Source: Myxococcota bacterium
GTDB taxonomy: Bacteria; Myxococcota_A; UBA9042; PHBI01; JAWLBL01
Assembly: GCA_041687695.1 (NCBI GenBank)
Contig: JAWLBL010000041.1
Coordinates: forward strand, 1 to 50,385
Length of the DNA stretch: 50,385 nucleotides
Direction: 5' to 3'
The stretch's first letter is position 1. Each line of letters starts with the position of its first letter. The position numbers and the translations under genes are program-made. Below the pieces are notes generated by a model, which saw nothing but the letters and a program-made list of their open reading frames with translations, did no database searches and had not been told where the DNA came from. Of this stretch, positions 9,434-19,899 are shown in pieces.

Positions 9434-10791
9434 GAGTCGTCTCCTTGGGGGGCCGCGGCGGCGGGCCGCGGGGTCACCGTCGCCAGCGCTTCAATCAGGG
9501 CGCCGCGCGCGTGCACGAGGCGCCATCGTTCGATCGCCAGGTCGTGCGCCAGCGTCCGCTGCCGCGCGTCGGCGGTGGCCAGCTGCGCCTCGGCGTCCAG
9601 CACGTCCAGCAGGGTCGCGAAGCCCGCCTCGAGGCGCCGCATGACGTCGGCGCGGTACTGGGCCGCGATCTCGACGCCCTCGAGGGCCGTCGCCAGCTGC
9701 GCCTCGAGCGCCTCGACACGGGCGCGCGCGGCGTGCTCCTCCTGGCTGACGGTCAGCCGCAGGGCCTCGAGCTGCGCCTCGTGCAGGGCGCGGCTGGCCT
9801 CGGCCGCGTCGAGGCGGCCGTAGCGGGCGCCGCCGTCGAAGAGCAGGAAGGTCCCGCGCAGCTGGATCTGCCAGTTGAAGCCGTCGGGGTCGCGGAACGA
9901 GGGCGGGCCCTGGCTGAGGCCGGCGACCACGTCGACGTCGGGCAGGAAGCTCAGCCAGGTCCAGCGCCGCGCCAGGCGGTCGCGCTCGAGCAGCAGCTCC
10001 AGCGCGCGCACGTCACCGCGCACGTCGGGCGCCGCCGCCAGGGGCAGCCCTTCGCCGGGCGCCAGCTCGGCCGGGATGGGGCCGGGGCCGGCCGGATCGG
10101 CGGGCGTCGTGGTCTCGACCGGGGTCTGGGCGGGCAGGCCGAGCACCACCGCCAGGGCGCCCTGGGCGACCTCGAGCCGCCCCTGGGCCGCGTCGCGCTC
10201 GCCCTGGGCCTCGAGCAGGCTCAGCCGCGCGCGCTGGACCTCGCTGCGGTCGGTCAGCCCGCCGGCCAGGCGCGCCTCGGCGGCCGTCAGGAAGGCCTGC
10301 CGTCGCTCGGCGGTGTCCTGGGCGGTCGCCAGCAGGGCGCGGGCGCGCTCGACCTCGATGTACAGCGTGACCACGCCCAACAGCAGATCCTCGGAGAAGC
10401 GGCCCGTCTCGGCGCGCGCGGCCCTGAGCTCCTTGTCGGCGACCAGGTAGTCGCCCAGCGCCGCCGGCCGGAAGACGGGGACCGCCAGGTTGGCGTTGGT
10501 CGTGACCTCGTCCTCTTGCACGACGACGGACTCGCCCAGCGAGACGCCCTGGTCGTAGCGCGTGTAGGTCGTGTTGGCCGACAGGGTCGGCAGGACCCGC
10601 GCGAGGGTCACGCGCACGTTGGCGGCCTGCAGCCGCACGCGCGCGGCGAGGGCCTGCAGATCGGGGTTGGCCCGGCGGGCGCGGTCGACGGCGTCGGGCA
10701 GCGTCAGGACGACGGGCGCGGGCTGCGCGAGGGCGGGCGCGGCGGCGGCGAGCAGGGCGAGGGCGGCCAGGGCCGTCGGACGCAGCGTCAT
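9430..10791 (-). CDS. TolC family outer membrane efflux protein
   Basis: Signal peptide MTLRPTALAALALLAAAAPALA, LTLPDAVDRARRANPDL, LFDGG, GFATLLDVLDAE; ATG at 10791 overlaps the TetR stop. Confidence 0.9.
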   Translation of the reverse strand: MTLRPTALAALALLAAAAPALAQPAPVVLTLPDAVDRARRANPDLQALAARVRLQAANVRVTLARVLPTLSANTTYTRYDQGVSLGESVVVQEDEVTTNANLAVPVFRPAALGDYLVADKELRAARAETGRFSEDLLLGVVTLYIEVERARALLATAQDTAERRQAFLTAAEARLAGGLTDRSEVQRARLSLLEAQGERDAAQGRLEVAQGALAVVLGLPAQTPVETTTPADPAGPGPIPAELAPGEGLPLAAAPDVRGDVRALELLLERDRLARRWTWLSFLPDVDVVAGLSQGPPSFRDPDGFNWQIQLRGTFLLFDGGARYGRLDAAEASRALHEAQLEALRLTVSQEEHAARARVEALEAQLATALEGVEIAAQYRADVMRRLEAGFATLLDVLDAEAQLATADARQRTLAHDLAIERWRLVHARGALIEALATVTPRPAAAAPQGDDS

Positions 10792-11438
10792 ACGCGGGGG
10801 ACCTCGGCGTCGGGGTCGGCCGCGAGGCCGCGCAGGAACATGCGCGCGACCAGGGGGGCCCTGGGGACGAGCGCGGTGCGGGCGCCGGTGGCCGTCCAGT
10901 GGCGGAAGATCCCGCTGACGAGCCCGCCAAGGAGGTAGGAGGCGAGGTCGAGGCCCAGCGCGTCGAGGCCAGGGGGTGTGGGGCAGGCGCCGAGCCAGCG
11001 GGCGAGGGTGACGCAGTACAGATCGAAGCCTCGGGGCGGCTCGGCGCCGAGGTCCACGGCGCCGTGGGCCAGGGGGGCGCCCGACGACGGCACCTGCCGG
11101 CCGAGGGCGAAGAAGATGACCATCTCCTCGCGGTGCTGCTCGGCGACCTGGAACTGGCGCATCAGGAGCAGCTCGAGGCGCTGCTCGAGCGAGAGATCGG
11201 CGGGCGCCGGCGCCTCGAGGGTGGCCAGCAGCAGCTGCCGGATGCGGTCGAGGATGGCGTCGAACACGGCCTGCTTGCCGTCGAAGTGCGCGTACAGCGC
11301 CGCCGGCGTGCACCCGGCCTCTTCGGCGATGTCCTTGACGGTGGTCGCCGAGAAGCCCTTGCGTGAAAAGGCCCGCGCCGCGGCGTCCAGGAAGTCGTCC
11401 CGGGTCCTGCGGTGCGCGTGGGGGGTGCTGACGCTCAC
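10788..11438 (-). CDS. TetR/AcrR family transcriptional regulator
   Basis: HTH FSRKGFSATTVKDIAEEAGCTPAALYAHFDGK; GGAGG upstream of the GTG; first gene of the efflux operon. Confidence 0.93.
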   Translation of the reverse strand: MSVSTPHAHRRTRDDFLDAAARAFSRKGFSATTVKDIAEEAGCTPAALYAHFDGKQAVFDAILDRIRQLLLATLEAPAPADLSLEQRLELLLMRQFQVAEQHREEMVIFFALGRQVPSSGAPLAHGAVDLGAEPPRGFDLYCVTLARWLGACPTPPGLDALGLDLASYLLGGLVSGIFRHWTATGARTALVPRAPLVARMFLRGLAADPDAEVPRV

Positions 11439-11521
11439 TCGATGCCTCCTGGTCGCGCGCTGGCAAGGGGCGACCGGCCGCGCCCGTATGGGGCGACCCT
11501 TGGGACCCGCTGCGGCCCTCC

Positions 11522-11558
11522 TGAACGGCCGTTAGCAACGGGTGAACGTCCATTAGCA
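11522..11558. promoter_or_regulatory. Putative tandem TetR operator
   Basis: Two 16-mers 21 bp apart, TGAACGGCCGTTAGCA and TGAACGTCCATTAGCA; the first contains the palindrome AACGGCCGTT; about 85 bp upstream of tetR. Confidence 0.55.
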
Positions 11559-11728
11559 TTTCGAAGTTCACGCGGCGAGTTCACGAGCCGAGGCGCGTGG
11601 GCGATTTGGTCCGGCTCGGGATTGGACCCGAGCGCCGCCGGGTTGGGGGGTGGACACGGACGCCCTCGCGTAAGGGCGGGACATGAAAGGACGATGGGGG
11701 ATGCAGTCGGCGTCGGCGGGGGGGCCGC

Positions 11729-11757
11729 TTGACACGCTGCGTCATGCACCGCACCCT
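11729..11757 (+). promoter_or_regulatory. Putative sigma70-type promoter of the ilv operon
   Basis: TTGACA (11729-11734), 17-nt spacer, weak -10 CACCCT (11752-11757), directly upstream of the leader peptide. Confidence 0.45.
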
Positions 11758-11764
11758 GAGGACG

Positions 11765-11845
11765 ATGCCGCAGCCGATCACCACCTTGGTCTTGCTGGTC
11801 GCCGTACTCGTAGGGTGCGGCGGGCCGGACGGCTGTAGGCGGTAG
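11765..11845 (+). CDS. ilv operon leader peptide [26 protein letters not shown]
   Basis: Short ORF with a run of Ile/Thr/Leu/Val codons (including rare TTG and GTA) ahead of a terminator and ilvD; alternative in-frame ATG at 11744. Confidence 0.82.
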   Translation: MPQPITTLVLLVAVLVGCGGPDGCRR

Positions 11846-11867
11846 ACGCGCGCAGCCAGCCACTTCG

Positions 11868-11905
11868 GCCCCCGCACCCGGCTCGGTGCGGGGGCTTTTT
11901 CGTTT
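11868..11905 (+). terminator. Attenuator terminator of the ilv leader
   Basis: Stem GCCCCCGCACC (11868-11878) / GGTGCGGGGGC (11885-11895) followed by TTTTTCGTTT; segment 11813-11827 can pair with the 5' arm as an antiterminator. Confidence 0.88.
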
Positions 11906-11916
11906 CTGGAGGCAGC

Positions 11917-13587
11917 TTGAGGTCGGACCGGATCAAGCGTGGGGCAGGGCGGGCGCCGCATCGGGCGCTGCTGCGCGCCACGGGTGTGCGCGACGAGGAC
12001 ATGGACAAGCCGTTCGTGGCGGTCGTCAACTCGCACGTCGACATCGTCCCCGGGCACGTCCACCTGGCCGAGGTCGGGCGCCGCGTGAAGGCGGCCGTGC
12101 GCGCGGCGGGCATGGTGCCGTTCGAGTTCCACACCATCGGCGTGGACGACGGCATCGCCATGGGCCACGAGGGGATGCGCTTCTCGCTGCCCAGCCGCGA
12201 GCTCATCGCCGACTCGGTCGAGACGATGATCTCGGCCCACCAGCTCGACGGCATGGTCTGCATCCCCAACTGCGACAAGATCGTGCCGGGGATGCTGATG
12301 GCCGCGGCCCGCCTGGACATCCCTGCGGTCTTCGTCAGTGGCGGCCCGATGCCGGCCGGGCGCACCCCGGACGGAGAGGCCATCGATCTCGCCAGCGTCT
12401 TCGAGGGCGTCGGCGCCTTCGAGGCCGGCCAGATCGACCAGGCCCGCCTCGACGTACTCGAGCGCCACGCCTGCCCGTCCTGCGGCTCGTGCAGCGGCAT
12501 GTTCACCGCCAACAGCATGAACTGCCTGATGGAGGCGCTGGGCCTGGCCCTGCCGATGAACGGCTCGGCCCTGGCCCGCACCTCCGAGCGCGAGGAGCTC
12601 GAGGCCGCCGCCGCCCTGCGCCTGCGCGACCTGGTCGACCGGGGCCTGACCACGCGCCAGATCCTGACCATGGACGCCTTCGACGACGCCTTCGCGCTGG
12701 ACCTCGCGATGGGCGGCAGCACCAACACCATCCTGCACACGCTGGCCATCGCCCGCGAGGCCGGCCTCGACTACCCGCTCGAGCGCCTGAACGCCCTCAG
12801 CGACCGCGTGCCCTACCTGTGCAAGATCGCGCCGGCCGGCCGCCACCACATGCAGGATCTGCACCGCGCGGGCGGCGTCCCGGCCATCCTGAAGCAGCTG
12901 GCGACGATCCCCGGCCTGCTCCACCTCGACCGCCCGACCGTCACCGGCCGCACCTTCGGCGAGGACCTCGCCCTGGCGCCCGACGTCCGCGACCCCGAGG
13001 TCATCCGCCCGCTCGACCGCCCCTGGGCGCGGACCGGCGGCCTGGCCGTCCTGTTCGGCAACCTGGCCCCCGACGGCGCGGTCGTGAAGACCGGCGCGGT
13101 CGCCCCGGCCATGCGCCAGCACACCGGCCCGGCCCGCGTCTTCGACAGCCACGACGCCGCCGTCGCCGCCATCCACGGCGGCCGCATCGTCCCCGGCGAC
13201 GTGGTCGTCATCCGCTACGAGGGCCCCGCAGGCGGCCCCGGCATGCAAGAGATGCTCGCCCCGACCAGCGCCATCATGGGCCGCGGCCTGGGCGACAAGG
13301 TGGCCCTCGTCACCGACGGGCGCTTCTCCGGCGCGACCCGCGGCGCCGCCATCGGCCACGTCAGCCCCGAGGCCGCCGCCCGCGGCCCCATCGCCGCCCT
13401 GCGCGAGGGCGACCCCGTCGCCATCGATCTCGACGCGCGCACCCTGAACGTCCTGGTCGACCAGGCCACGCTCGACGCGCGCCTCGCCCAGCTCCCCGAC
13501 CACGAACCGGCCGTGGCCAGCCGTTGGCTGCGCCGCTACGCCCGCCTCGTCACCAGCGCCTCGACCGGCGCCGTCCTCAAGGACTGA
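11917..13587 (+). CDS. ilvD: Dihydroxy-acid dehydratase
   Basis: [62 protein letters not shown] start with GGAGG RBS. Confidence 0.97.
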   Translation: MRSDRIKRGAGRAPHRALLRATGVRDEDMDKPFVAVVNSHVDIVPGHVHLAEVGRRVKAAVRAAGMVPFEFHTIGVDDGIAMGHEGMRFSLPSRELIADSVETMISAHQLDGMVCIPNCDKIVPGMLMAAARLDIPAVFVSGGPMPAGRTPDGEAIDLASVFEGVGAFEAGQIDQARLDVLERHACPSCGSCSGMFTANSMNCLMEALGLALPMNGSALARTSEREELEAAAALRLRDLVDRGLTTRQILTMDAFDDAFALDLAMGGSTNTILHTLAIAREAGLDYPLERLNALSDRVPYLCKIAPAGRHHMQDLHRAGGVPAILKQLATIPGLLHLDRPTVTGRTFGEDLALAPDVRDPEVIRPLDRPWARTGGLAVLFGNLAPDGAVVKTGAVAPAMRQHTGPARVFDSHDAAVAAIHGGRIVPGDVVVIRYEGPAGGPGMQEMLAPTSAIMGRGLGDKVALVTDGRFSGATRGAAIGHVSPEAAARGPIAALREGDPVAIDLDARTLNVLVDQATLDARLAQLPDHEPAVASRWLRRYARLVTSASTGAVLKD

Positions 13588-13591
13588 ACCG

Positions 13592-15457
13592 ATGACCCAC
13601 TCGACCGCACGCGCCGAGCACGCCCTCGACCCGAGCCAGTCGCCCCAACCCGAACCCTACGGGGTGCCGGCCTCCGCGGCCCCCGCGGCTGACGACATGC
13701 CCGACCGCCGCGGCCAGCCGCTGACCGGCGCCCAGATCCTGTGGGAGGTCCTGGTCCGCGAGGGCGTCGACGTCGTCTTCGGCTATCCGGGCGGCGCCAT
13801 CATGCCGGCCTACGACGCCATGCCGGCCTACCCCATCCGCCACGTGCTGGTGCGCCACGAGCAGGGCGCCAGCCACATGGCCGACGGCTACGCCCGCGCC
13901 TCGGGGCGGGTCGGCGTGTGCCTGGCGACCAGCGGCCCCGGCGCGACCAACCTGGTGTCCGGCATCGCGACCGCCATGCTGGACTCGGTGCCGATGGTCT
14001 GCATCACCGGCCAGGTCGGCTCGCAGCTGCTGGGCTCGGACGCCTTCCAGGAGGTCGACATCACCGGCGTCACCCTGCCCATCACCAAGCACAACTACCT
14101 GGTGACGCGCGCCGAGGACCTCGCCGACGTGCTGCGCGAGGCCTTCTACATCGCGCGCTCCGGCCGCCCCGGCCCGGTGCTGGTCGACATCTGCAAGGAC
14201 GCGCAGCAGGCGTCGGCCGTCTTCGAGTACGACGACCGGCCCATCACCCTGCCCGGCTACCGGCCTGACCACCGGCCGCCCGAGAGCGACATGGACCGGG
14301 CGCTCGAGCTCATCCAGACCGCCGAGCGGCCGGTCATCCTGTGCGGCCACGGCGTCATCCGCTCCGAGGCGACCGAGGCCCTGATGGCCTTCGTCGAGCG
14401 CACCGAGATCCCGGTGACCTGCACGCTGCTGGGCCTGGGCGCCTTCCCGGCGTCGCACCCGCTGAACCTGGGCATGATGGGCATGCACGGCGAGGCCTGG
14501 GTGAACCAGGCCATCCAGGACGCCGATCTCCTCATCGCCGTCGGCATGCGCTTCGACGACCGGGTGACCGGCAAGACCAGCCGCTACGCCCCGCGGGCCA
14601 AGAAGATCCACATCGAGCTGGACCCGGCCGAGATCAACAAGAACGTCAAGGTGGACGTCGCGCTCATCGGCGACGCCAAGGACGTGCTCGGGCGGCTGCT
14701 CGAGCGGGTCGAGACGCGCGGCTGCACCTCGTGGCTGCACCAGATCGACTGGATGAAGGGCGACTCGGCCGTCCGCGACATCCAGAAGCTGCCCGACTGC
14801 GGCAAGCTGTACGCGGCGCACGTCATCCATGACCTGTGGCGCCTGACCGAGGGCGACGCCGTCATCGTCACGGACGTGGGGCAGCACCAGATGTGGGAGG
14901 CGCAGTACTACAAGCACGAGTACCCGCGCTCGCTCATCACCTCGGGGGGCCTGGGCACCATGGGTTTCGCGCTGCCGGCGGCCATCGGCGCCCGCTTCGC
15001 GCGGCCCGGGGACGAGGTCTGGGTCGTCGCGGGCGACGGCGGCTTCCAGATGACCGCCTGCGAGCTGTCGACCTGCGCCCAGGAGGGGCTGAAGGTCAAC
15101 GTGGCCATCATCAACAACGGCTACCTGGGGATGGTGCGCCAGTGGCAGGAGTTCTTCTACCAGCGGCGCTACGTGGCGACGCCGATGAAGAGCCCCGACT
15201 TCGTCAAGCTGGCCGAGGCGCACGGGCTGACCGGCCTGCGCGTGACCCAGCGCAGCGAGGTGGCCGCCGCGGTGAAGACCGCCCGCGAGACCCCGGGCAC
15301 GGTGGTCATCGACTTCCGCGTCGAGCAAGAGGACTCCGTCTACCCGATGGTCCCGGCGGGCGCCGATCTGGACCAGATGATCCGCCGGCCGGTCCCCACC
15401 CCCGGCACGCCGCTGTTCGACACGACCCACCCGCTGCTCGAGACCTCGGAGGACTGA
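13592..15457 (+). CDS. ilvB: Acetolactate synthase large subunit
   Basis: [68 protein letters not shown]; the start could be the later ATG at 13697. Confidence 0.97.
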   Translation: MTHSTARAEHALDPSQSPQPEPYGVPASAAPAADDMPDRRGQPLTGAQILWEVLVREGVDVVFGYPGGAIMPAYDAMPAYPIRHVLVRHEQGASHMADGYARASGRVGVCLATSGPGATNLVSGIATAMLDSVPMVCITGQVGSQLLGSDAFQEVDITGVTLPITKHNYLVTRAEDLADVLREAFYIARSGRPGPVLVDICKDAQQASAVFEYDDRPITLPGYRPDHRPPESDMDRALELIQTAERPVILCGHGVIRSEATEALMAFVERTEIPVTCTLLGLGAFPASHPLNLGMMGMHGEAWVNQAIQDADLLIAVGMRFDDRVTGKTSRYAPRAKKIHIELDPAEINKNVKVDVALIGDAKDVLGRLLERVETRGCTSWLHQIDWMKGDSAVRDIQKLPDCGKLYAAHVIHDLWRLTEGDAVIVTDVGQHQMWEAQYYKHEYPRSLITSGGLGTMGFALPAAIGARFARPGDEVWVVAGDGGFQMTACELSTCAQEGLKVNVAIINNGYLGMVRQWQEFFYQRRYVATPMKSPDFVKLAEAHGLTGLRVTQRSEVAAAVKTARETPGTVVIDFRVEQEDSVYPMVPAGADLDQMIRRPVPTPGTPLFDTTHPLLETSED

Positions 15458-15461
15458 GCCC

Positions 15462-16040
15462 ATGACCCTCAACGGCAACGGCAACGGCAACGGAAACGGC
15501 CACGGCGGGGCGCAGCTGCCCTTGCACACCTTCGTCGCGCTGGTCGAGGACGAGCCCGGCGTGCTCAACCGCGTGGTGTCGCTCTTCCGGCGGCGCAACT
15601 ACAACATCATCAGCCTCAACGTCGGCCGCACCCACGTCCCCGGGCTGTCGCGCCTGACCGTCGTCATGCAGGCCGACGCCGACACGGCGCGGCGCATGGA
15701 GGCGAACCTCTACAAGCTGGTGAACGTCTTGCGCGTCGAGGACATCTCGGGCGAGGCTTCGGTCGTCCGCGATCTCGCCCTCATCAAGGTCCACGTCACC
15801 GCCGAGCGCCGCAGCGAGGTGCTGCAGCTGTGCGAGGTCTTCCGCGCGCGCGTCATCGACATCGGCCCGGACGCCCTCATCGCCGAGATCACCGGCACCC
15901 AGGACAAGATCGACGGCCTGGTGAACGTCCTGCGCCCCTTCGGCATCGCCGAGATGGTGCAGACGGGCGCCATCGCCATGCGCCGCGGCGACGCCGCGCT
16001 CGCCACCGACTCCGAGAACGACACGACCAAGGCCGCCTGA
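15462..16040 (+). CDS. ilvN: Acetolactate synthase small regulatory subunit
   Basis: ACT domain [37 protein letters not shown]. Confidence 0.96.
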   Translation: MTLNGNGNGNGNGHGGAQLPLHTFVALVEDEPGVLNRVVSLFRRRNYNIISLNVGRTHVPGLSRLTVVMQADADTARRMEANLYKLVNVLRVEDISGEASVVRDLALIKVHVTAERRSEVLQLCEVFRARVIDIGPDALIAEITGTQDKIDGLVNVLRPFGIAEMVQTGAIAMRRGDAALATDSENDTTKAA

Positions 16041-16072
16041 ATCGGCCACGACTCCACACAGGGAACCCGACG

Positions 16073-17086
16073 ATGCCCCAGATCCGCTACGAAGCCGACG
16101 CCGACCTCTCGCTCATCCGCGGCCGCAAGGTCGCCATCCTGGGATATGGCTCGCAGGGCCACGCCCACGCGCTGAACCTGCGCGACTCGGGCGTCGAGGT
16201 CCGCGTCGGGCTGCCCGAGGGCTCGCGCAGCCGCGCCCGCGCCGACAAGGACGGCGTGCAGGTCCTGACGCCCCGCGAGGCGGCCGAGTGGGCCGACGTC
16301 GTCATGATCCTGGCGCCCGACACCCGGCAGGCGGCGCTGTACCACGAGCACGTCGCGCCGGCGCTGCGTCCGGGCGACATGCTGATGTTCGCCCACGGCT
16401 TCAACATCCGCTACGGCACCATCACGCCGCCGGCCGAGGTCGACGTCGCCCTCATCGCGCCCAAGAGCCCCGGCCACCGGGTCCGCGAGACCTACGCCGA
16501 GGGCGGCGGCGTCCCGGCGCTGCTGGCCGTCCACCAGGACGCCACCGGCCAGGCCGACGCGCTGGCCCTGTCGTACGCCGCGGGCATCGGCTCGGCGCGG
16601 GTCGGCGTCATCACCACCACCTTCGCCGAGGAGACCGAGACCGATCTCTTCGGCGAGCAGGCCGTGCTGTGCGGCGGCGTCTCGGCCCTGGTCAAGGCCG
16701 GCTTCGAGACGCTGGTGAACGCGGGTTACCAGCCCGAGGTCGCCTACTTCGAGTGCCTGCACGAGCTGAAGCTCATCGTGGACCTCATGTACCGCGGCGG
16801 CCTGTCCTACATGCGCTACTCGATCTCGGACACCGCCGAGTACGGCGACTACACGGCCGGCCCCAAGCTCATCACCGACGAGACCAAGCGGGCGATGGGC
16901 CAGCTGCTGGCCGACATCCAGGACGGCACGTTCGCGCGCCGCTGGATCGCCGAGAACGAGGCCGGCTGCCCCGACTTCCTGGCCACCCGCGCCGCCGAGA
17001 CCCAGCACCCCATCGAGGCGGTGGGCCGCGAGCTGCGCAAGATGATGCCCTTCGTGAGCCCGGTCGACATCAAGCCGGGCGACTGA
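16073..17086 (+). CDS. ilvC: Ketol-acid reductoisomerase
   Basis: [55 protein letters not shown]; true ATG at 16073. Confidence 0.97.
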   Translation: MPQIRYEADADLSLIRGRKVAILGYGSQGHAHALNLRDSGVEVRVGLPEGSRSRARADKDGVQVLTPREAAEWADVVMILAPDTRQAALYHEHVAPALRPGDMLMFAHGFNIRYGTITPPAEVDVALIAPKSPGHRVRETYAEGGGVPALLAVHQDATGQADALALSYAAGIGSARVGVITTTFAEETETDLFGEQAVLCGGVSALVKAGFETLVNAGYQPEVAYFECLHELKLIVDLMYRGGLSYMRYSISDTAEYGDYTAGPKLITDETKRAMGQLLADIQDGTFARRWIAENEAGCPDFLATRAAETQHPIEAVGRELRKMMPFVSPVDIKPGD

Positions 17087-17109
17087 CCCGCTCCCCTCTC
17101 GCCACCGCC

Positions 17110-17153
17110 CGAGGGCGGCGGGTCCACAGCGGACTCGCCGCCCTTCGTTTTTT
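17110..17153 (+). terminator. Rho-independent terminator after ilvC
   Basis: GAGGGCGGCGGGTCC-acagc-GGACTCGCCGCCCTT stem followed by T6. Confidence 0.8.
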
Positions 17154-17182
17154 CAGCCCACAGCCAACCGAGGAGACCGTCC

Positions 17183-17644
17183 ATGGCTACCAAGCCCAAG
17201 TCCAAGTCCAAGTCCGCGAAGACCACCAAGACTGCCAACCAGGGCATCACCGTCACCGAGCAGGACCTCGACCGCCTGACGGAGCTCATCGAGCGCTACG
17301 AGGGCACCTCGGTCGCCGCCAACGCCGACGCCCTCGACGAGGAGCTGGGCCGCGCCAGCATCGTGGCGCCCGGCCAGATCCCGCCCGACGTCGTCACCAT
17401 GAACTCGCGCGTCCGCTTCGTCGACGAGGAGACGGGCGAGGCGCAGGAGGTGACGCTGGTCTACCCGCAGGACGCCGACGGCACGGCTGGCCGCATCTCC
17501 ATCCTCGCGCCCGTCGGCAGCGCCCTCATCGGCCTGTCGGTCGGCCAGGCGATCCGCTGGCCCATGCCCAACGGCCGCAGCCGCGGGCTGCGCATCGTCG
17601 AGGTCCTCTACCAGCCCGAGGCCGCAGGCCACTTCCACCTGTGA
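17183..17644 (+). CDS. rnk: Nucleoside diphosphate kinase regulator (Rnk, GreA/GreB C-terminal family)
   Basis: DLDRL, LDEELGRA, IPPDVVTMNSRV, TLVYP, ISILAPVGSALIGL, VLYQPEAAG; GAGGAG RBS. Confidence 0.92.
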   Translation: MATKPKSKSKSAKTTKTANQGITVTEQDLDRLTELIERYEGTSVAANADALDEELGRASIVAPGQIPPDVVTMNSRVRFVDEETGEAQEVTLVYPQDADGTAGRISILAPVGSALIGLSVGQAIRWPMPNGRSRGLRIVEVLYQPEAAGHFHL

Positions 17645-17826
17645 GCGCGCGTCGCCGTCTCCCCCACGGCGCGGCCGCGACCCTGACGGCCGCGCCGCGC
17701 CGGCCGCCTCGGCTGGTTACCAGCTAGTCACTCAGCCCGGCGGCCCGCGAGGCCGTGGACGGGCGCGCCGGTTTGGCCCACAACCTGCAAGGCGCCGTCG
17801 CGACCTCTCGAAGCGGAGCATCAACG

Positions 17827-18363
17827 ATGTCGAAGCGACCCTTGCAGCAGCTGTTGGCCGTGGGCCTGTTCGGGCTCATCGCGTGCAGCCCGCCCTCGTG
17901 GCACCTCGAAGACGAAGACCTCTTGCAGACCGTGACCGTCCCGGCTGGCGTGACCGAGACCTGGCGCGCCGCCGTCACCCTCAGCGCCCAGGCCCTGGCG
18001 ACCATCGACGGCCTGACCGGTGGCCACGGCGAGCTGGAGGCCTTCGTCGAGCTGCGCCTGGCCGACCCCACCGCCAGCCCGCGCCCGGTCGCCCTCAGGC
18101 TGACCGGCGTCAACAGCCCCCAGACCGTCACCGTCACCGTCACCGCCCAGAAGACCGCGCACTCGCTGACCGGCTTCGGCCTGAGCGACTGCGTGCCCGA
18201 CATCGAGTGCCTGCGCACCTTCGATCTCCAGGTCGTGACCCCCTCGAACGTCGCGGGCGGCGTCGTCGCCTCGGGCGCCTTCCGCGCGACCTTCCACCGC
18301 GACGGCGACCGCGCCCCCGAGGGCGCCGACCTGGCCGTCGAGACGAGCCTGCCGACCCCCTGA
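17827..18363 (+). CDS. Hypothetical lipoprotein
   Basis: MSKRPLQQLLAVGLFGLIAC with lipobox LIAC; GGAG RBS; GC3-biased codons; beta-rich body. Confidence 0.65.
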   Translation: MSKRPLQQLLAVGLFGLIACSPPSWHLEDEDLLQTVTVPAGVTETWRAAVTLSAQALATIDGLTGGHGELEAFVELRLADPTASPRPVALRLTGVNSPQTVTVTVTAQKTAHSLTGFGLSDCVPDIECLRTFDLQVVTPSNVAGGVVASGAFRATFHRDGDRAPEGADLAVETSLPTP

Positions 18364-18394
18364 CCCGCCCGCCCTCGGTGTCGTGACGCCGGGG

Positions 18395-19240
18395 CTATCG
18401 GCGCGTAGGCCCCGACGGCTTGGGCACCGGCGCCTGGCGTGGGTCATCTGCCTGCGCCGTCAGCAGGCCGCAGCCGAAGGCGTGCGCCACCGCCTCGGCG
18501 CGGGTGTGCACGCCCAGCTTGGCCAGCAGGTTCTGGACGTGGTTGCGCGCCGTGAAGGGGCTGATCCCCAGCGCGGCGCCGATCTCGGGGTTGCTCCGAC
18601 CCTCGGCGAGCAGCACCAGGATCTCCTGCTCTCGGGCGGTCAGGCCGTAGGTGGCGCCCGCGCCGCCGCTCCGCAGGCGCGGCGCGCCCGGCGTGCGCGG
18701 GTCGGGGGGCGAGGTGACGTCCAGCGCGGGCGCGCGCAGCGCGTCGACCCCCGGGTCGTCGGACGACACGAGCGCCATGCGATAGACCAGGTACGAGGCG
18801 CCGGGCGGCGGCCCGCTGACCGTGTCGACCACGATCCTGAGCCGGACGGCGCCGCCGCCGGCGCGCGCGACCGTGAGGACGAACGGCTGGACGCGACGCC
18901 CGTCGACGCGGAGCCGCTTGATGGGACACGCCGCCTGGCAGTAGGGGTTGCCGTAGATGTCGTCGCCAGCGAGCGCCTCGTGGCAGCGCAGGCCGATGAC
19001 GCTGGCCGCGGGCCGCCCGGTCAAGCGCTCGAGGCCGGCGTTCCACAGCCGCACCCGGTCCTGGCCGTCGACGACCATCGCGGGGCTGGCGCTGTCGCGC
19101 AGGCCGTCCATCACCAGGTCGATGACCACCGACGTGCCGTCGCCCGCGGGTGCGTGGTCGCCGGGGGACGCGTTGGAGCCGGCCTCGTCGTGCGCGCCGA
19201 GCCTCCGTTCGGCCGAGCCGTCACGCTTCATGAGGCTCAT
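18395..19240 (-). CDS. PAS domain plus LuxR-type HTH transcriptional regulator
   Basis: PAS-like AMVVDGQDRVRLWNAGLERLTG and C-terminal LTAREQEILVLLAEGRSNPEIGAALGISPFTARNHVQNLLAKLG; start uncertain (19240, 19231 or later). Confidence 0.88.
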   Translation of the reverse strand: MSLMKRDGSAERRLGAHDEAGSNASPGDHAPAGDGTSVVIDLVMDGLRDSASPAMVVDGQDRVRLWNAGLERLTGRPAASVIGLRCHEALAGDDIYGNPYCQAACPIKRLRVDGRRVQPFVLTVARAGGGAVRLRIVVDTVSGPPPGASYLVYRMALVSSDDPGVDALRAPALDVTSPPDPRTPGAPRLRSGGAGATYGLTAREQEILVLLAEGRSNPEIGAALGISPFTARNHVQNLLAKLGVHTRAEAVAHAFGCGLLTAQADDPRQAPVPKPSGPTRR

Positions 19241-19899
19241 CTCGGTGGGCGGCACGGGCGGCCTGCGGAGCGCGCCAGGGGCGACGTGGCTCAACGTGGC
19301 ACATCGGAGTCGGAATTCTCAGAACGATACATGGGCGCGCCGCGATCGTCTGCGGCGGCATAACATGAGTCAAGTGGTGGAAATAAAAGCGTCTTTAGCC
19401 GCTCTTGGGCTGCGGTTTCCTGCCACGGTGGGCCGGACCAGCTAGTCGGCGGGGAGTGGAGTGCGATACGGCACCAGGCGACGCGACAGACCAGCGGTTG
19501 CGTCGATCTTCGGGGCGAAGGGCAGTGGGATTCCACCCGCTCGGGCGAGCGGGGCGGCCGGGCGCGAGCGTCGATCATGATCTCGCTCACAATACGGGAC
19601 CTTAGACGACGCCCACGCGGGAGGCAATCGCTTTGCGTGGCGCGGCCGCCGCGTGCTGAGCTCGCCTCGCCCCCAGGGACACATCGCGGCCGGGCGTCAC
19701 GCCGACACGGCTGGGAGGCCCGCGCGCAGCGGCGGCGCGCCCTCGCCACCCGTACCGGTGCGATCGCACCAGGGGTAACCAGTGGCCGTATCCTATTGTG
19801 CGCCGGGCGCCCGCATGGGCATACTCTCGCCCTCGCCGACGCCCTCGCCGACGCCCGCCCAGCGCGTCGCGCGTGGAATCGCCACTCGCACGAGGGAAC

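Noticed and set aside
19297..19315. Sigma-54 promoter at TGGCAC
   Set aside because: The -12 element (TTGC) is absent at the required spacing.
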